A stretch of DNA of 64,000 nt from Octopus vulgaris (lineage: Eukaryota), in assembly GCA_951406725.2 (NCBI GenBank), contig OX597820.1:89652001-89716000 (forward strand), read 5' to 3'. Positions 12,718-26,294 of this stretch are shown in pieces; the stretch's first letter is position 1, and each line of letters opens with the position of its first letter. Made by a program: the position numbers and the translations under genes. The notes beneath the pieces are model-generated. The model searched no databases. It had not been told where the DNA came from and worked only from the letters and a program-made list of their open reading frames with translations.

Positions 12718-12720
<3 letters not shown>
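11134..12720 (+). mobile_element. 5' part of an APE-type LINE: ORF1 (Myb/SANT-like N-terminus, Q/N-rich linker, CCCH-type finger) plus start of the ORF2 endonuclease
   Basis: ORF 11134 has NWSENKIDLLINSW...RSEKQIQNKLK. Removing the SINE restores HPKIYRYSLHKRLCTGTDCKFTHIPGTRR. ORF 12512 has FLLNAQGI...FFFLTETHL (APE motifs I/II). It breaks off in (TA)n at ~12720. Confidence 0.75.
11859..12068 (-). mobile_element. SINE family A inserted in the LINE ORF1, 11-bp TSD
   Basis: Reverse complement of family A. TSD caaaatatacc at 11848-11858 and 12069-12079. Confidence 0.92.
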
Positions 12721-12755
<35 letters not shown>

Positions 12756-13312
12756 CACATATATATATACAGTTTACATCTACTTAATTCCCTCAAAAGT
12801 CATTGGTCGGTAAAGAACATTCCATAAGACACTCAATATACCGATGAGAGACACTGAACGCGAAAACATGTGGTTAGGAATCGAACGTTTTAACCAAGTA
12901 TGGATGTAGTCATGTATGTGTATATCGTTGTTCATAGAAAGAAGTGAAAATTACTAAATGCATGAAATAGAATTCATTATAATAATTACGTGAAACGAAC
13001 TGAGATTTTCACTGCTGTAACTTTGAGTTTTGTGTCTTCACTTATCCAAATCGTCATTATGTTTTCGTTTTATGGAAATTGCTGTTTTCGATTGACACTT
13101 TTTCAACTACCGCACCTTAATAAAAATACATAGTAACTTTCTGGCATGTCTTCCACAAATGCGGTTTCATTTTTGTGATTGTTATTCCCTACTTGTCTCA
13201 TTCCACTCGGTATTAAATCACTTTTGCATTCCCAATGTTGTATAGATTATCAAGTTCACTTTCATTTCCACTCTCTCAGAAATATATCCTCTCTCGACTT
13301 TAGAGTTCATAT

Positions 13313-13460
13313 TGGCGCAGGCATGGTTGTGTGATAAGAGGGTTGCTTCCACATCATGTGGTTTTGCAAACGGTCCCACAGCATGGCAACTTGATTAAGT
13401 GTCAACTCACATTGTTCTGGGCTGACTAAAGCCTTGTGAGTGGATCTGATAGACAGAAAG
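13313..13460 (+). mobile_element. tRNA-derived SINE family B (ggcgcaggcatgg.tgtgtg..aag head)
   Basis: Same head and body as the copy at 59222 (aaagccttgtgagtggat.tg.tagac). Confidence 0.7.
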
Positions 13461-14309
13461 CAGCTCGAAACGTAAAAAACTTTCTCACCTTCGTGAGCTT
13501 CAAACTAATACAACTGCTTATTGTTTATACACCTGTCTCATATTTAAAAGCAAACTTAAAAATATGATACAACATAAATTTTTCCCGCTGCCAGAGAGAA
13601 TTTCGCTATTACCAAATAGCGAATGACACCACCTCCGTTTAAGATGGGGAGATAATTCAAAGAATCAAGAATTGTCTAAAGAAGAAAAGCCAATCTCGAG
13701 TAATGGGGAGTGAAGATTATTGAAGGTATATGGGTATATGTTATATCGAATTTTTGTACGTGTATTTGTTTATATTCCAACTTTTACATGTGTGAGAATG
13801 CCTTTGAAGTTACAGCTTGTCATCGTCAGACAATAAGGTTGTAAATGTTTACTAAGCATATACACTACAAAAGAATATTGAGTACACCTTCAGTTTAATG
13901 CTTAATCATTTTCATATATAACCTGCTATGAAAAGAAACATTAATATTATACATATAAGATATTACATAATATGATTTATATAATGCAATTTATTGCATA
14001 ATATATCATATAACATAACGTATTATATAATGCATTGTATTACATAATGTATCATATACATGATATCCAATATATTATGTAATATGTGTGTGTGAGTGTA
14101 TATGTGTATCACTATCTGCGTGTGTGTATATGTTACCGTTTTAGTAGTTTAGCCATTGGAATGCGTTCCTGATGGGGTTCCGTCTTCAATGCCTCAGTCA
14201 AAAAAATCAATCTCAATGCTAATTTTTAACGTCTGACCGATACTTTTACGCAAGCAATGGTAGTGAAACAAACACAAGCACAAAGATATACATACATTTA
14301 TATACATAT

Positions 14310-14425
14310 ATTTGACGGGCGTCCACACAGTTTCCGTCTGCAAAATTCACTCCCAAGGCTGATGCTGTAATAGAAGGCAATTGCCTACTACGTCATGTAG
14401 TGGGACTGAACCCAAAACCACGAAA
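14310..14425 (-). mobile_element. SINE family B fragment, reverse
   Basis: cagtttccgtctgcaaaattcactcccaaggct...gtgggactgaaccc is the reverse complement of the family B body. Confidence 0.6.
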
Positions 14426-14940
14426 TTTTTCCAGACACCCATATACAGACACATTCGCGCACGCACACACACCTACACAAGCACATTCATGAACTTTCAC
14501 GCTGATCATAGCCGTCATTCATGTTTCTCGCTCTGTACCCAACGGATCATCGACTGTGTGACAGTAGGAAGAAGTTAGTGATTGATCATCATTTCGAATT
14601 AATTTATGATCTTATGATTAATCGCGAGTTCAATAACCTAAGCCTCATGCTGTCTCTCTCCTTCTCTCTCTGGATACATTCATACATACATACATACTTA
14701 CATAGAGATACATGTATATATATATTTATCTCTACACGTATACATACAGTGACATGTGTAAATATTGGGTTAAAACGTCTTATACCTTGAAGTCAAAGCT
14801 TTTTTCTGTCCAAATAGGTTTTAACCTGTTAGAATAGGAAATATTTATATGCTGTTAAGTGTAGCTTTATCCACTTCGAGTTCTATAGTTAAAATAGAAC
14901 TTTTCCCGTCCTCTCGCAGTTTCTAAATTCTTTCGTTATA

Positions 14941-15006
<66 letters not shown>

Positions 15007-15090
15007 TTCGTTTTGGGATTTGTATTTGCTTTGCAAGATTCTTTATATGAGTTCGTGTGTTGAAGCATATTCTGTTGTGTCTGAGGAGAG

Positions 15091-15131
<41 letters not shown>

Positions 15132-15391
15132 TTCATGAGCTAAGTTATTCTGTCCAACGCGCTGTGTTATATCAACATTGACATAGACAACACATTTTTC
15201 TCCCGCCTTAGACATGCAACCACATATTGCTGCAGAAGTTATTACAGAATATAAGGACCCGGGTAGTTGACTGATGATTTTATTGATCTCCCTCCACCCC
15301 ATCCCTCAAGCAAATAGCAAAAGTGACGTGACTAAGCACCAGAAGGTATTGCCAGTCGTGCTTCTTTTTCTACCAGCTTGGTCATCATCGT

Positions 15392-15443
<52 letters not shown>

Positions 15444-15447
15444 AACA

Positions 15448-15511
<64 letters not shown>

Positions 15512-15626
15512 ATAATAATAATGATATTAATACTGCTGCTGCTGTTGCTTCTACTGCTGCTGCTGCTATTACAACAACTACTACTACTACTACTACTACC
15601 CCCCACTACTACTACTACTACTACCC

Positions 15627-15674
<48 letters not shown>

Positions 15675-15965
15675 GATATTTATAAATATATCAAACGTTA
15701 GAAAAATATGATAAATAAAATGATTGTATCCGATTCCTGTGTAGTTTGTATAATTTGGACAGTGTCCAAGAGAAATGGCGTGGAAGCGTTTAGTCCATCG
15801 CTTTAACATAAATTAAGATGCAGAGACAGGAGGGACAGAGAGAAAGATAGAGAAGGACAGTGAACGTGAAAGATAAAGACAGAAAAGATATGAGCATGTA
15901 AAAGAGAGGGAAAGAGAGAGAGAGGGATAGGGAGAGAGAGAGGGAGGGAGAGAGAGAGGGATAGG

Positions 15966-16017
<52 letters not shown>
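15392..16017. repeat. (TAC)n/(CTG)n trinucleotide block (15392-15672) and (GA)n block (15825-16017)
   Basis: Directly visible. These generate the poly-T/Y/S ORFs in the track. Confidence 0.95.
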
Positions 16018-16020
<3 letters not shown>

Positions 16021-16613
16021 AGCCACTGCGCTCTACTGCATGTGACTAGCTTCTATTTCTTGTGTTTCTATGCGCTGACAAAATATTGATGGAACTGAAC
16101 TAAATTCAGTGTGTACACCGTGATATATAGATGGACTTGTGTATAAACACCGCTTATCTACACATATAGGCGTACCTATATATATATGTATGTGTTTGGG
16201 GATGTACAGTGATACACGTTTTATATACGAGTGTCATCTATAATTCATAGTTATCTGTTTGCGTTTATGTCAGTGTGTGTATGTGTATATATGGATGTAT
16301 TTATGCTCACATACACGTATCAGTTAGAGATATTTGCAATGTTCTGTTGATGTTGTGAAGATTTTTTTTTCTAACTCACACAGCCTAATTAGTGTTAAAG
16401 AAAGGTCTTGATGGGAAAGTACGGATGTTATTGACAGTGATGTGACACAAACGAGAGAAAAAATAACAAAAACAAAGTGAAAGCCTTTGATGACGTGAAA
16501 TAATCATGCATCCATACACATTCTCATACAAACACACAAACGCATACGTACACAAGCAGAAGCATACATAAACATATGTATACAAACATATATGCATACA
16601 TATGTACGCAGAT

Positions 16614-16648
<35 letters not shown>

Positions 16649-17119
16649 CACGCAAACATACATAAATATTTATACATACATATATGGATTTATACACACA
16701 TGCACAGATATAAATCAACTAATTTGGATACAAAATATCGCAGGACCCATCACTGTACACATTGTATATATTATATGTCTGTCTGCATGTGTGCATACAT
16801 AAACACATCAGAATTAACTTGTCTTGACATGAAAAATTTCTATTTTAAAGAAATGCGGATATACGTGAAGTGAAATATTGTTTGTGTCATCCAATGGTAC
16901 ATCAACGCAATTCGATGTCAAGAGAAATGGCTTCGATCAGGAACCGAAACATCGCAGCTGCCTTGATAAACGTGACAGACGGCATAAAAATTATCATTTA
17001 TATTTCAGTCTTTGAGATAATTATCTTCAAATTTTGAATATATTTTTCATACCATTATATTTGTACTGGAATAAGCCTGCGAGCTTGTATAACAGTTAGC
17101 ATACAAGGCAAAGAATAGA

Positions 17120-17450
17120 TTTTGAGCTCGAGGTCTCGATTTTGCTTTCCATTCTTTTGGGTGTCGGTAAAATAAGTACCAGTCAAGTATTGGGGTCGAT
17201 ATAACCGACTTTCCCCTCCTCTCAAAAAGTGTTGGCCCTGTGCCAAAATTGGATACCACTTACCGTTAGTACTCCAGACAAAACGCCCAGCTTATTTCGT
17301 CAGTCCTTTTGTTCTGAACACGAAGTTGACTTCGACTTACATCTTTCAGAGAAGATAAAGGAAGTAACAGCTAAGTACTGGGTTTGATGTAATCGACCTC
17401 CCCCTCCCTCAAAAACTGCTGGATCTGCATCAGAATTGAAATCTATTATT
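17120..17450 (+). mobile_element. Two tandem partial SINE A copies
   Basis: cgattttgctttccattcttttgggtgtcggtaaaataagtaccagtc and a second unit gttgacttcgacttacatctttc...gtactgggtttgatgtaatcgac. Confidence 0.65.
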
Positions 17451-17719
17451 TTTGTAACTACAATAAAAGTCTGAGTGATTGATTTAATCGGTTAGCCAGT
17501 TAAGCACTACTATTTCACCACGTTGCCTGTACGTAGGGACTTTTGTTTTGTCGTCTAATTCAAGCCAATTCTCTGGTCTGAATATAAATTTCTCCTTTCG
17601 CTCTACATGCTTCAGAAGCCCTGAAAAACAGCTATGGGTACTACATTTTACCATCTAAGATATTAAAAAATCCTCCACATATAGGTACATGCGTGGCTGT
17701 GTGGTAAGAAGCTTGCTTC

Positions 17720-18830
17720 CGCGCATGCGTTGGTCAGTGTTTTTCTTTGCACTGCTAGGGATCACGTCGCTGTACACCAACGTTGTGAATTATTGAACAA
17801 GTGAAGCACAACTACAAGGTAAGACATTTGTTTTGGGAGGGATTCATTAGGGGTTTGTTGTTCGTGTTTATTTATTTTGTCGAACAAGAAATCTCCACTG
17901 AGTTCCGGGCATTTGTCTGCCTGTAGTCGTGTTTTGGAGTCTCACTTAGCGGTGAGAAGTGTGATTTGGGGGCGTATCTCTACTAAAATAATTGCGAACC
18001 TTGTGCTTATTTTTTACCTATTCTTTGGTGAAATTGTTGTGTGACTGCTTTGTGCCCTGTATTACTAAGTGGACTACCGAGTTGGGCAAGCGTACCAATA
18101 CGACCAGAAGAATAGTTTGCTGTGTTTTTGAATTGTTTTTCTTTTTTTCATCCTTCCTTCATTTTTTAACTCTTTGAACTTTTGTTTTTCTGTGAACTTT
18201 TTCCCCAAAAAACATGGCAAAAAGATGAACAACACTGCGTTGGATTGGGAGATTATTCCACCCACACAGTGGATGAAAGATTTTGAAGAGACGACGGTGG
18301 TGTTGAGAATTTACTCAAAATCGCTCGACACTATCGCCCTCTTAAAAAAGATACAATTGAAAAGAGTTGGCAGAGTATCTGCCGTTTATAAAATTTATTG
18401 CCGGTGGGGTCAAGTATGCAACGGTGTTGTTGCTACTTGACACCCCTGAGGAGACTCACATATTTTTGAGCCAGCCTTTAGAGGGCAAGAGACTTTGTTT
18501 CTTCCCACGTATTGTGGGAAGAAGTTGACAAGAGCTTGGGTCTGCGGGTTGCCGCCTGGGATAGAACCCGAGTGGATAGAAGACACTATACGACGAGGTC
18601 TGGCTGGCAGAGGTTCCAAGCTGCTTAATGTTAAAATATTGCCGGCGGCTGATTGGGTCAGGTCAAAAGCTGTTTTGACCCTGTGGACCCAATCAGCTAA
18701 GAATCTGGTCTTTCCAAATTTTTTTGAATGGCCGGTTGCAGGTATCTAGTGATACTTGAGGGACGCTACTCCAAAGTGTCACCTGTGCCTGAAACCAGGT
18801 CACATTAAAAAGAACTGTTCCTAGGACCAG
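17720..18830 (+). mobile_element. L1/Tx1-like LINE 5' UTR and decayed gag-like ORF1 with CCHC knuckle (ORF1 family copy 1)
   Basis: GVKYATV, LPTYCGKKLTRAWVCGLPPGIEPEW, LVILEGR and CHLCLKPGHIKKNC (18777-18818, CX2CX4HX4C). No ORF2 follows. Begins directly after a truncated SINE B head (17691-17720). The clade call is inference. Confidence 0.7.
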
Positions 18831-19591
18831 AGTTAGTTGAGGAAAAGCTATGTGGCCACGACTTGTGACTGCAGGCAATCCTGCAGTCACTTTGTACATT
18901 GCCTATTTGATGGTGCTACTCTATTATTTGAAAAAAGGGTGTTGATTTTCATATCATGTAAGTTATACAGTTATCAGTATTCACTCAAAACACTCAGCTC
19001 TCATTCATTTAGCCCATCAAACTTAAAATATTTGCTGCAAATGAGTGGCGTGCAAAATAACTGTATTGTTATATCCTGTAAAGATTCGAAATAAGGTGAT
19101 GTCGAAATCCAATCTATCCCTGTGGATTGGTATGGCTAAGTAAAGGACTCGAATTTCTGGTGGGGTTAGTACCATCTAGAAGCTACAAGGAATGATCAGT
19201 CATTAATGCATGACTATGATCAAGAGAGGTAAAACAATCCCCTCAATCAGTCGAGAACTAACGAATTGTCAAATGTGGACTGTCAAAAGGAGAGGAATTG
19301 TTAAAATCTAAAAGGTAGCATTTTTTTCTTCAAATTCAATTTCTCTTTCTCTCACATTTTTTTGTCTCGTCATTCACTAATAAATACTGAGACAAATACT
19401 ATTCAAGCCAACAAAAGAAGCACTACATGGTCTTTCGACTACTTAAAAACAGCAGTCAAGTCTCTCTAAAATTCCGTGTTAAATGATTCTAGGTTAATTG
19501 TACGCAGCGAGAAATGGAATGGTCACGACTAAAAAACATTTTATCTTTAAGCTGAACGCTGATGACCTGAGATTAATGGAAAGCATTCAAG

Positions 19592-19595
<4 letters not shown>

Positions 19596-19687
<92 letters not shown>

Positions 19688-19730
19688 CATATATATGTTT
19701 GTGTGTGTGTGTATGTGTGTGTGTGTGTGT
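19596..19730. repeat. (TA)n-(TG)n microsatellite
   Basis: Directly visible. Confidence 0.95.
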
Positions 19731-20859
19731 AATTTAACTTGTTATAATCTGAAAAAAACAACAAAAAAAAAAAACCTTTGCCAATACAAACAAATGATTA
19801 TACGCCATTGATGAGTTGTATTTCTAACCATGAACAAAGCGCTACATCTGCCTTGGGATACGATCCATTGACGTTTTGGTTGGTAATCTGATAAGATATC
19901 GACTTTCGAATAGCTTCGATGCAGTTACAATATATAGGATTCTTCTGATTCTTACACAATTTTCTGACTGTAATTAATCATCGATAGTTTTTTTTTTTCC
20001 CTCCCGCATGTGAAACTTTGAACTTGACGGTTGCAACTTCTGTGAAATGCAGACATTATTATCAAAAGAAAGAAACAGTTCTCGGAAAAATGTCAAAAAC
20101 ATTCTAAAAGAATATTAGAGACTTTGAATAATCTTTGTTGGTTTTCCTTCATGGAGTTTCTTTTAGTCTTTCTTTCTGTCTTTCTTTCTGTTTTTTTTTT
20201 CTTTTTGACGAATTGATTACCTGAAACCATTTACGTTTGAGACAAAATGACGTGAAAATTGGGTTTGAGTATCGCAATTGGCTGTACAGAGAAAACACAA
20301 CCTTAGGCTCTTATTTTTTTTATAATTCCTACAAAAAGAATATCATTGTTGGAATGCATTAAAAAAGGTACATACACGCGCAAAAAAACACACATATAAT
20401 AATTGGAAATGTAAGATAAGCTAATGCATGGTCTGCTGGTTAGAATGTTTGTCTCGAGATTATGAGATTGTGTGTTCAGTTCTTGGTGTATATATTTTGC
20501 GCGTTTAAGTATTTCATTTCGCGTTGTTAAAGTCTGGTTACGTAAAAATGAATACTAACCGATTGCTGTGTGCAGTCTCAGACTAACACATACTCAATGT
20601 CCCACTAGGTCAAAGGTGACAAGATAAGAGGGTGTTTATGTCTGTTCACGACAACACAAGGAACTAAAATTATTGCTGAAAGCATTGTACATGCAATCAG
20701 ATCATACTTGTCTATAATTCTTTAAAACAATGAATAACTGATGAAAAAATATACTCTACTCGGCTCGCTTAAAGTAAACAAAGTAATTACCCATAGGAGT
20801 TCATTGCTGTTTAAAATATATGACAGCAAAGGTCAGGAGAGTGTAGATAAATAAATATA

Positions 20860-21480
20860 TGAATACGATGCAGCTTTTCTAACGACATATTGTAACGTAA
20901 AGTAAGTCTTATTTGAACAAACAACTTGACTTCGAAGAGAAAAATGTTAAAACTAGCACAGCTAAATTTTTTCTTGCTTTGGTCTTGAATCACTTTCCAA
21001 CAAACAATAAATGCTATGAAATCCTCAAGCGAAACTGTAATCAGCTGAGTTATTCTGGATGTACAAACGTTATTATTTTCACGAACCCTAAACGTCTTCC
21101 TGGAAAAATTTGTTGCATCTTATCACGGCATGGTCAATCCAGAAAAAATTGCTCTCTTCGTGATAGTTACCGGGTGAAATCATTCGTATAATACAGCAAT
21201 GTGTATTTAAGCAAAAAGCAGACCAATATCTTACGTTGAAATGGTTTAACATAATTTTAAAACTTGCATTTTTAAGTGTGCGTTCTCCTTTGATAAACCT
21301 GAATAAAAATTAGCGTCTGTTTTGTTGAAATATATTGAGCTTCTAAGAAAGAAGTAACAGATTACATTCACTATAATATAGTCATCAATGCTTTGCGATT
21401 TCTCTTACCACCATGGAAATTCACGGTCGAACCTCAGCTCTTAAATGTATCTATGTGAAAAGTTGCCTATTTTGTCTCAT
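20860..21480 (+). mobile_element. Highly decayed Penelope-like element C-terminal region (second family)
   Basis: NVKTSTAKFFLALVLNHFPTNNKCYEILKRNCNQLSYSGCTNV resembles the NVKTNIG.FL.L..KHFP...L.KIFNRN..K.SYSC..N motif upstream of GIY-YIG in invertebrate PLEs. It is followed by decayed C.L, FK..SF and EKL.I motifs. Confidence 0.7.
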
Positions 21481-22469
21481 GATTTTATCAAGATTAGAAA
21501 TCTCATTTTCAGGTAAATAGATTCCTAATTATGCATTTGGCCGTTATTAGTCCCCAAATATATCTAACGCGAAAAAATAAATAAATAAAAAAGAGCGATA
21601 AGCAGCGAGATGAGATAAGTTCACAACTGAAATTATTAGTCTGCTAGACGTCCGTTTGGGATTTGTGTCGTTTTCACATTTATCACCATTTTTATCAAAA
21701 ACGACTATATTCAAATCGAAAGTTTTTGTTAAAAACTTTTCAAATTTTCTTTTTATTCCATTTTATTTGTTTTGGAATACTAACTTTTCTATATTCATCA
21801 GCCCAACATTTAAGACTTAGAATCTTATTATTACAATCATCTATCCAAATTTTCCAACAATTGACTGTTTTTCGTACGTATCGCGGTATGATGCAAAAGA
21901 CCTTGGAATTGATTTTATGACTGAGAGAACCATAAAGTTATATAATAGTAAATCTTGTTAGATGTCCTCGTATTATGTACTTTTTACGCGCCATATATCT
22001 ATGAGTGTAATTAATTGTACGAGTGCTGAACCTAAAGTAATAGGAAAATAGACATAACATATTTTATTCACTGAGTTATATCGTTCAAAATAATTTCCAT
22101 CACTGAATCCAGCAAAAATTCTGCTTGAAGACATTAATGTGTGTACTTTTTCACTCAATTTTTCATAGCCATTTTCGCTCCATCTATGTTACCAAACCAT
22201 AGTCGCCGAAAAATATTTCTATTGATCTAGTCAGAAGGCATGAATCACGAACTGAACGGTAGATGGCGTACCACTGACTAACCTAATTTGCCGATTGCTT
22301 GATTTATTATCGTAGTTGTATTTTCTTGCGTATTGTCATAGTGAAAGCGGACTGTTTTCAATTTTTTCTCGATCTCTCCTTCGCAACTTCTCTAAGATCT
22401 TTTAAGTGTCTCAATATATCGCTAGCAGTTCACTGTATAGCCATGTTCCAGAAAACCTAGGTGAATGAT

Positions 22470-23730
22470 GCTCTTGCCGTCCGCCAAAACATTCACCATG
22501 ACCGTTTGCACAGACTGATTCGTGAATCTCTTGGCAGCTTCATAACACCCGAAACTCATTTTCGCCACGTTCACATAGACCTCGTAGAACTCTGGTCTGT
22601 TAGCGACAGATCGTCCTATATTCTAGTTTCTGTTGATCGCTTCATACGGTGGCTGGAAGATATACTGCTAGCTGATATCTCTGCGGAAACCGTAGTGCGA
22701 GCCCTGATAGCGGGTTGGATATCACGTTATGATGTTCCTGCTATTATTACAACAGATCGTGGGCGGTAATTTGGGTCACATCTATTCTCTGAGCTGTCTA
22801 ACATCATCGGCGTTAAGCGCATACACACCAGAAGGTATCATGCAGCTTCTAATAGCATGGTGAAACGATTCTACCGACAATTAAAGGCTGCGCTACGCCG
22901 TTGGAGTGTATTACCTCCCTGTTGTTTTGGGCTGCCGTTCAGCAGTCAAAGAGGGCTTGGAATACTCTCGGGCGGAGCTTTTGCACGGCGCCCTGTTACC
23001 TTTACCTGGACAGATGATTTCTCCAGTCAACCAAGACACTGAAGACCGAACTTTATATGTGAACCGCCTGCCTGCGTACCTCCAGTACATGCCACCCATG
23101 AACCCACGTAGGTAAATCAACAAACCCTTTGTTCCAAAGGACATCACGTCCTGGACACACATTTTCCTGGAGAACGATTCTGTGAGATACCCTCTCACAC
23201 AACCATATGTAGGACCTTATCGTGTCGTTTCCAAAACAGACAAGCATTTTATCATTGATATTCTCTTATCTTCTATCTTAGCACTCCGTCGGTTACGACG
23301 ATGAGGGTTCCGGTTGATGCGAATCAACGGAACAGCCTGCTCGTGAAATTAACGTGTAAGTGGCTGAGCACTCCACAGACACGTGCTCCCTTAACGTAGT
23401 TCTCGGGGATATTCAGCGTGACACAGAGAGTGACAAGGCCGGCCCCTTGAAATACAGGTACAACAGAAACAGGAAGTAAGAGTGAGAGAAAGTTGTGGTG
23501 AAAGAGTACAGCAGGGATCACCACCATCCCCTGCCGGAGTCTCGTGGAGCTTTTAGGTGTTTTCGCTCAATAAACACTCACAACGCCCGGTCTGGGAATC
23601 GAAACCGCGATCCTATGACCGCGAGTCCGCTGCCCTAACCACTGGGCCATTGCGCCTCTACCATTGATATTAATGGTGGACGAGAGGCAGTCTCGCTGGA
23701 TAGACTGGAAAAGACCGTTACAGACGCTTT
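22470..23730 (+). mobile_element. Gypsy integrase remnant with GPY module, interrupted by a SINE
   Basis: FRHVHIDLV..VDRFIRW..WISRYDVPAIITTDRGR*F..YHAASNSMVKRFYRQLKAAL. PYVGPYRVVSKTDKHFIID/INGGREAVSLDRL is rejoined across the SINE. A possible PPT and 3' LTR lie at ~24065-24352 (unconfirmed). Confidence 0.9.
23263..23660 (-). mobile_element. tRNA-derived SINE family C, young full-length copy with TSD
   Basis: Minus strand starts ggcgcaatggcccagtggttagggcagcggactcgcggtcataggatcgcggtttcgattccc (A and B boxes) and ends in a purine-rich tail. TSD cattgatatt at 23253-23262 and 23662-23671. Confidence 0.92.
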
Positions 23731-24618
23731 AATACCAGAGCCATATTCTCCCCAGTCTTACAGTGCATCACCTAAAAAGCAAACACCATCGCAAGCACCA
23801 CAAATCCAATCGCACTAACCTCTTCTCACATTAACATTCGTCACGTGCATTGGTTCAGAAAGCTTTCCAAAACTATATATATATGAACTGGCATGTTAGG
23901 CCTGGTTTGTGTGTTCTTTTCACTTTTGCTTTTTTGTCCGTTTTGCTTTGCATGTTTTTCCCTTTCTTTGTTCATCATATGTTTTTCAAAAATTGTGATT
24001 GTAGTTTTCTCTCGCTTTTGCTTGGCGTGTTGCATTGCCTCTCGGCTGCACCAACCTTCAGTCTGCGGAGAGGTAATGTAGTGAGTAAATGCCAGCAAAT
24101 CTTTATGTCCCTTGACAGAGACAAGTGAGATGGTTCTTGTTGTTTGCCAGATGGCGCTAATGTGTGGCAAAGTATAAACTGAGAGGTTAACAAACAACTT
24201 CAACCAGTCAGCCAGTCTGCAGAAGACCTCGACGCTACGACCATCAGCGAACGAAACTCTGTTCCAATCAGTTTCACACCCAGTAGTCTCTGCTACTGTA
24301 AAGCTCTAATATGCGGAGTTTGTAAGCCTATATATTCTGGCACGTATTTACAATACAGTATACGAAAAGAAACGCAACTAAGTAAATTATGGACACTTTT
24401 TATTACCAATGTTCTACAATAAGAACTTTTCTTGTTCACGAAACGTTTTATTAGCTCCCGTTCAAATAAATGCTGGCTTTCTGTTAAAATTGATGCTTTC
24501 TGATTTTACATTACGTTCATGACGTCTGTTGACAATGTTACACTTCCTTCAACTGCTGATCCACTTCTTTTCAACACATTTTTCAGTAATGCTTTTCTTT
24601 AAATTTCTTTGTATTTCC

Positions 24619-24772
<154 letters not shown>

Positions 24773-24773
24773 A

Positions 24774-24987
24774 GATCGGGGTGCTGAGAAGTTCCTGGCT
24801 ATGGGTTAAAGAAAACACAGAAGAATTTGTTAACTATGATTTTATTCATCATATTCCTCTCTCAATTTCATACAGTTATTGCAGCGCTTTCAGTTTTCCT
24901 ATGCCACGTAAAAGAACTCAAATGTTGGGCTTTCTGCTCGGCCTTTCACGATACCCTTAAAGCCAGGAACTTTTAAGCACCCCATCG
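24774..24987. mobile_element. Mariner-derived MITE (~215 bp)
   Basis: TIRs gatcggggtgctgagaagttcctggct and agccaggaacttttaagcaccccatcg. No coding capacity. Confidence 0.85.
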
Positions 24988-25097
24988 TGTGTGTATGTAT
25001 GTATATATATATATTACACACACATACATATGCTGGATAGAAAGAACAGAATAGGTTAGGAATACACGTAGAATAAAATTAATTTCTTCGTCTAAAC

Positions 25098-25423
25098 AAG
25101 ATGTTCTCAAACTTTTTGGGCCACCGCCCTCCTTATGGCCACATAATACCCTCAGCGCCCCCACCCCTATTTTTATGTATAAATAAATATTTTATATTTT
25201 ACTAATTTATGTATACTATGAATCATTTGATATTTAACATAATATATAATTTGTATACAATTCTACCATAATATTATAAATTCATAGCGTCCCACAATCC
25301 ATTGCTTTCCTCCCAATGTCTCCTTTTTCTCTACCATCCAGCACCACCTCTTTAGATACCAGTGCCAATTGGACCCTCTCAATGTCCACTGGAGGGCGGT
25401 AGTGCCCACTTTGAGAACCTTTG
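25098..25423. mobile_element. hAT (Charlie-like) MITE
   Basis: Ends aagatgttctcaaa and tttgagaacctttg. 8-bp TSD gtctaaac/gtctaaag (7 of 8), resembling the NTCTAGAN Charlie target. Confidence 0.8.
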
Positions 25424-25489
25424 GTCTAAAGCATATGTCTCGCGTCTACTTGTTTCTCCACAAGCCCTTGGTTAGATGACCCGCATTCC

Positions 25490-26294
25490 TAATGGAACAG
25501 GAAGAAGTAACAGATACAAAAGTGATTAGTAATAAAACTTCCCCATTGAGTGGATGGCGTATGAATTAAGGTTGATTCGGAAAGAAAAGTAACTAATTTC
25601 AGAGAGGAGAATAATAACTGAGGTTCTAGCAAATATATTAAATGAAAATAATAGCCAACAACTAATGGGGGACTAGAGGTTACTATAAACCTTGGCATTT
25701 GACTGGTACTTTAATTTATCGGTCGCAGATGGATGAAAGTACGCAACTGTAGAGGTTCCATTTGCATCCGAGGAGACAAAATTCGGTAGCCAGATAAAAT
25801 TCGGTAACCTCCCTGAAATCGGAAGACATTCCCCCGGAGGTAGATGTCGCCTGGCTGGTAGCTGCAATACTGCTGGATGTAGAAGATAAAATAGATGTCC
25901 TCCAAGTAACGGGAACACCACCGAAGAATTGGCAAGGGCAGACCCTGGAGATAACCATCCAAGCTGCCCTAGAGGAACTTGAAAGAATGTTCGACACTAT
26001 AACGGTGGGCGAGGAGGTGGTATTACAAGTTATAGTGGAGGGCAGGAAGCCCCGCTGCTATAAATTTGCCCAGAAGGGCCGCATAAGAAAAGAGTGCCCT
26101 TCATCGACCACAAAGAAACCAGCAGCACTGCAGGCCCGAAGGGAAATCGCACCTCCATCTCCTGCAATGACAAGTGGTGCAGGAAGGAGCTTGGAGGAGC
26201 CCGGGAAGAAGGATGGCAAGGAGGCAAAAATGGAGGAAGAGAAAACAGAAGAATGGAAGACGGGAAACCGGAAAAAGAGAAAAAAGAGAACTCA
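25490..26294 (+). mobile_element. gag-like ORF1 fragment (ORF1 family copy 2), fused to mariner
   Basis: KYATVEV, then an open frame EDIPPEVDVAWLVAAILL...KNWQGQTL...VIVEGRKPRCYKFAQKGRIRKEC (degenerate knuckle) and a K/E-rich tail. Confidence 0.75.

Noticed and set aside
19150-19310. Possible Tc1 HTH fragment
   Set aside because: Too short and degenerate, with no TIR or catalytic motif.
23585-23660. tRNA-like sequence on the minus strand
   Set aside because: It is the head of a SINE with body, tail and TSD, and the acceptor stem is not intact.
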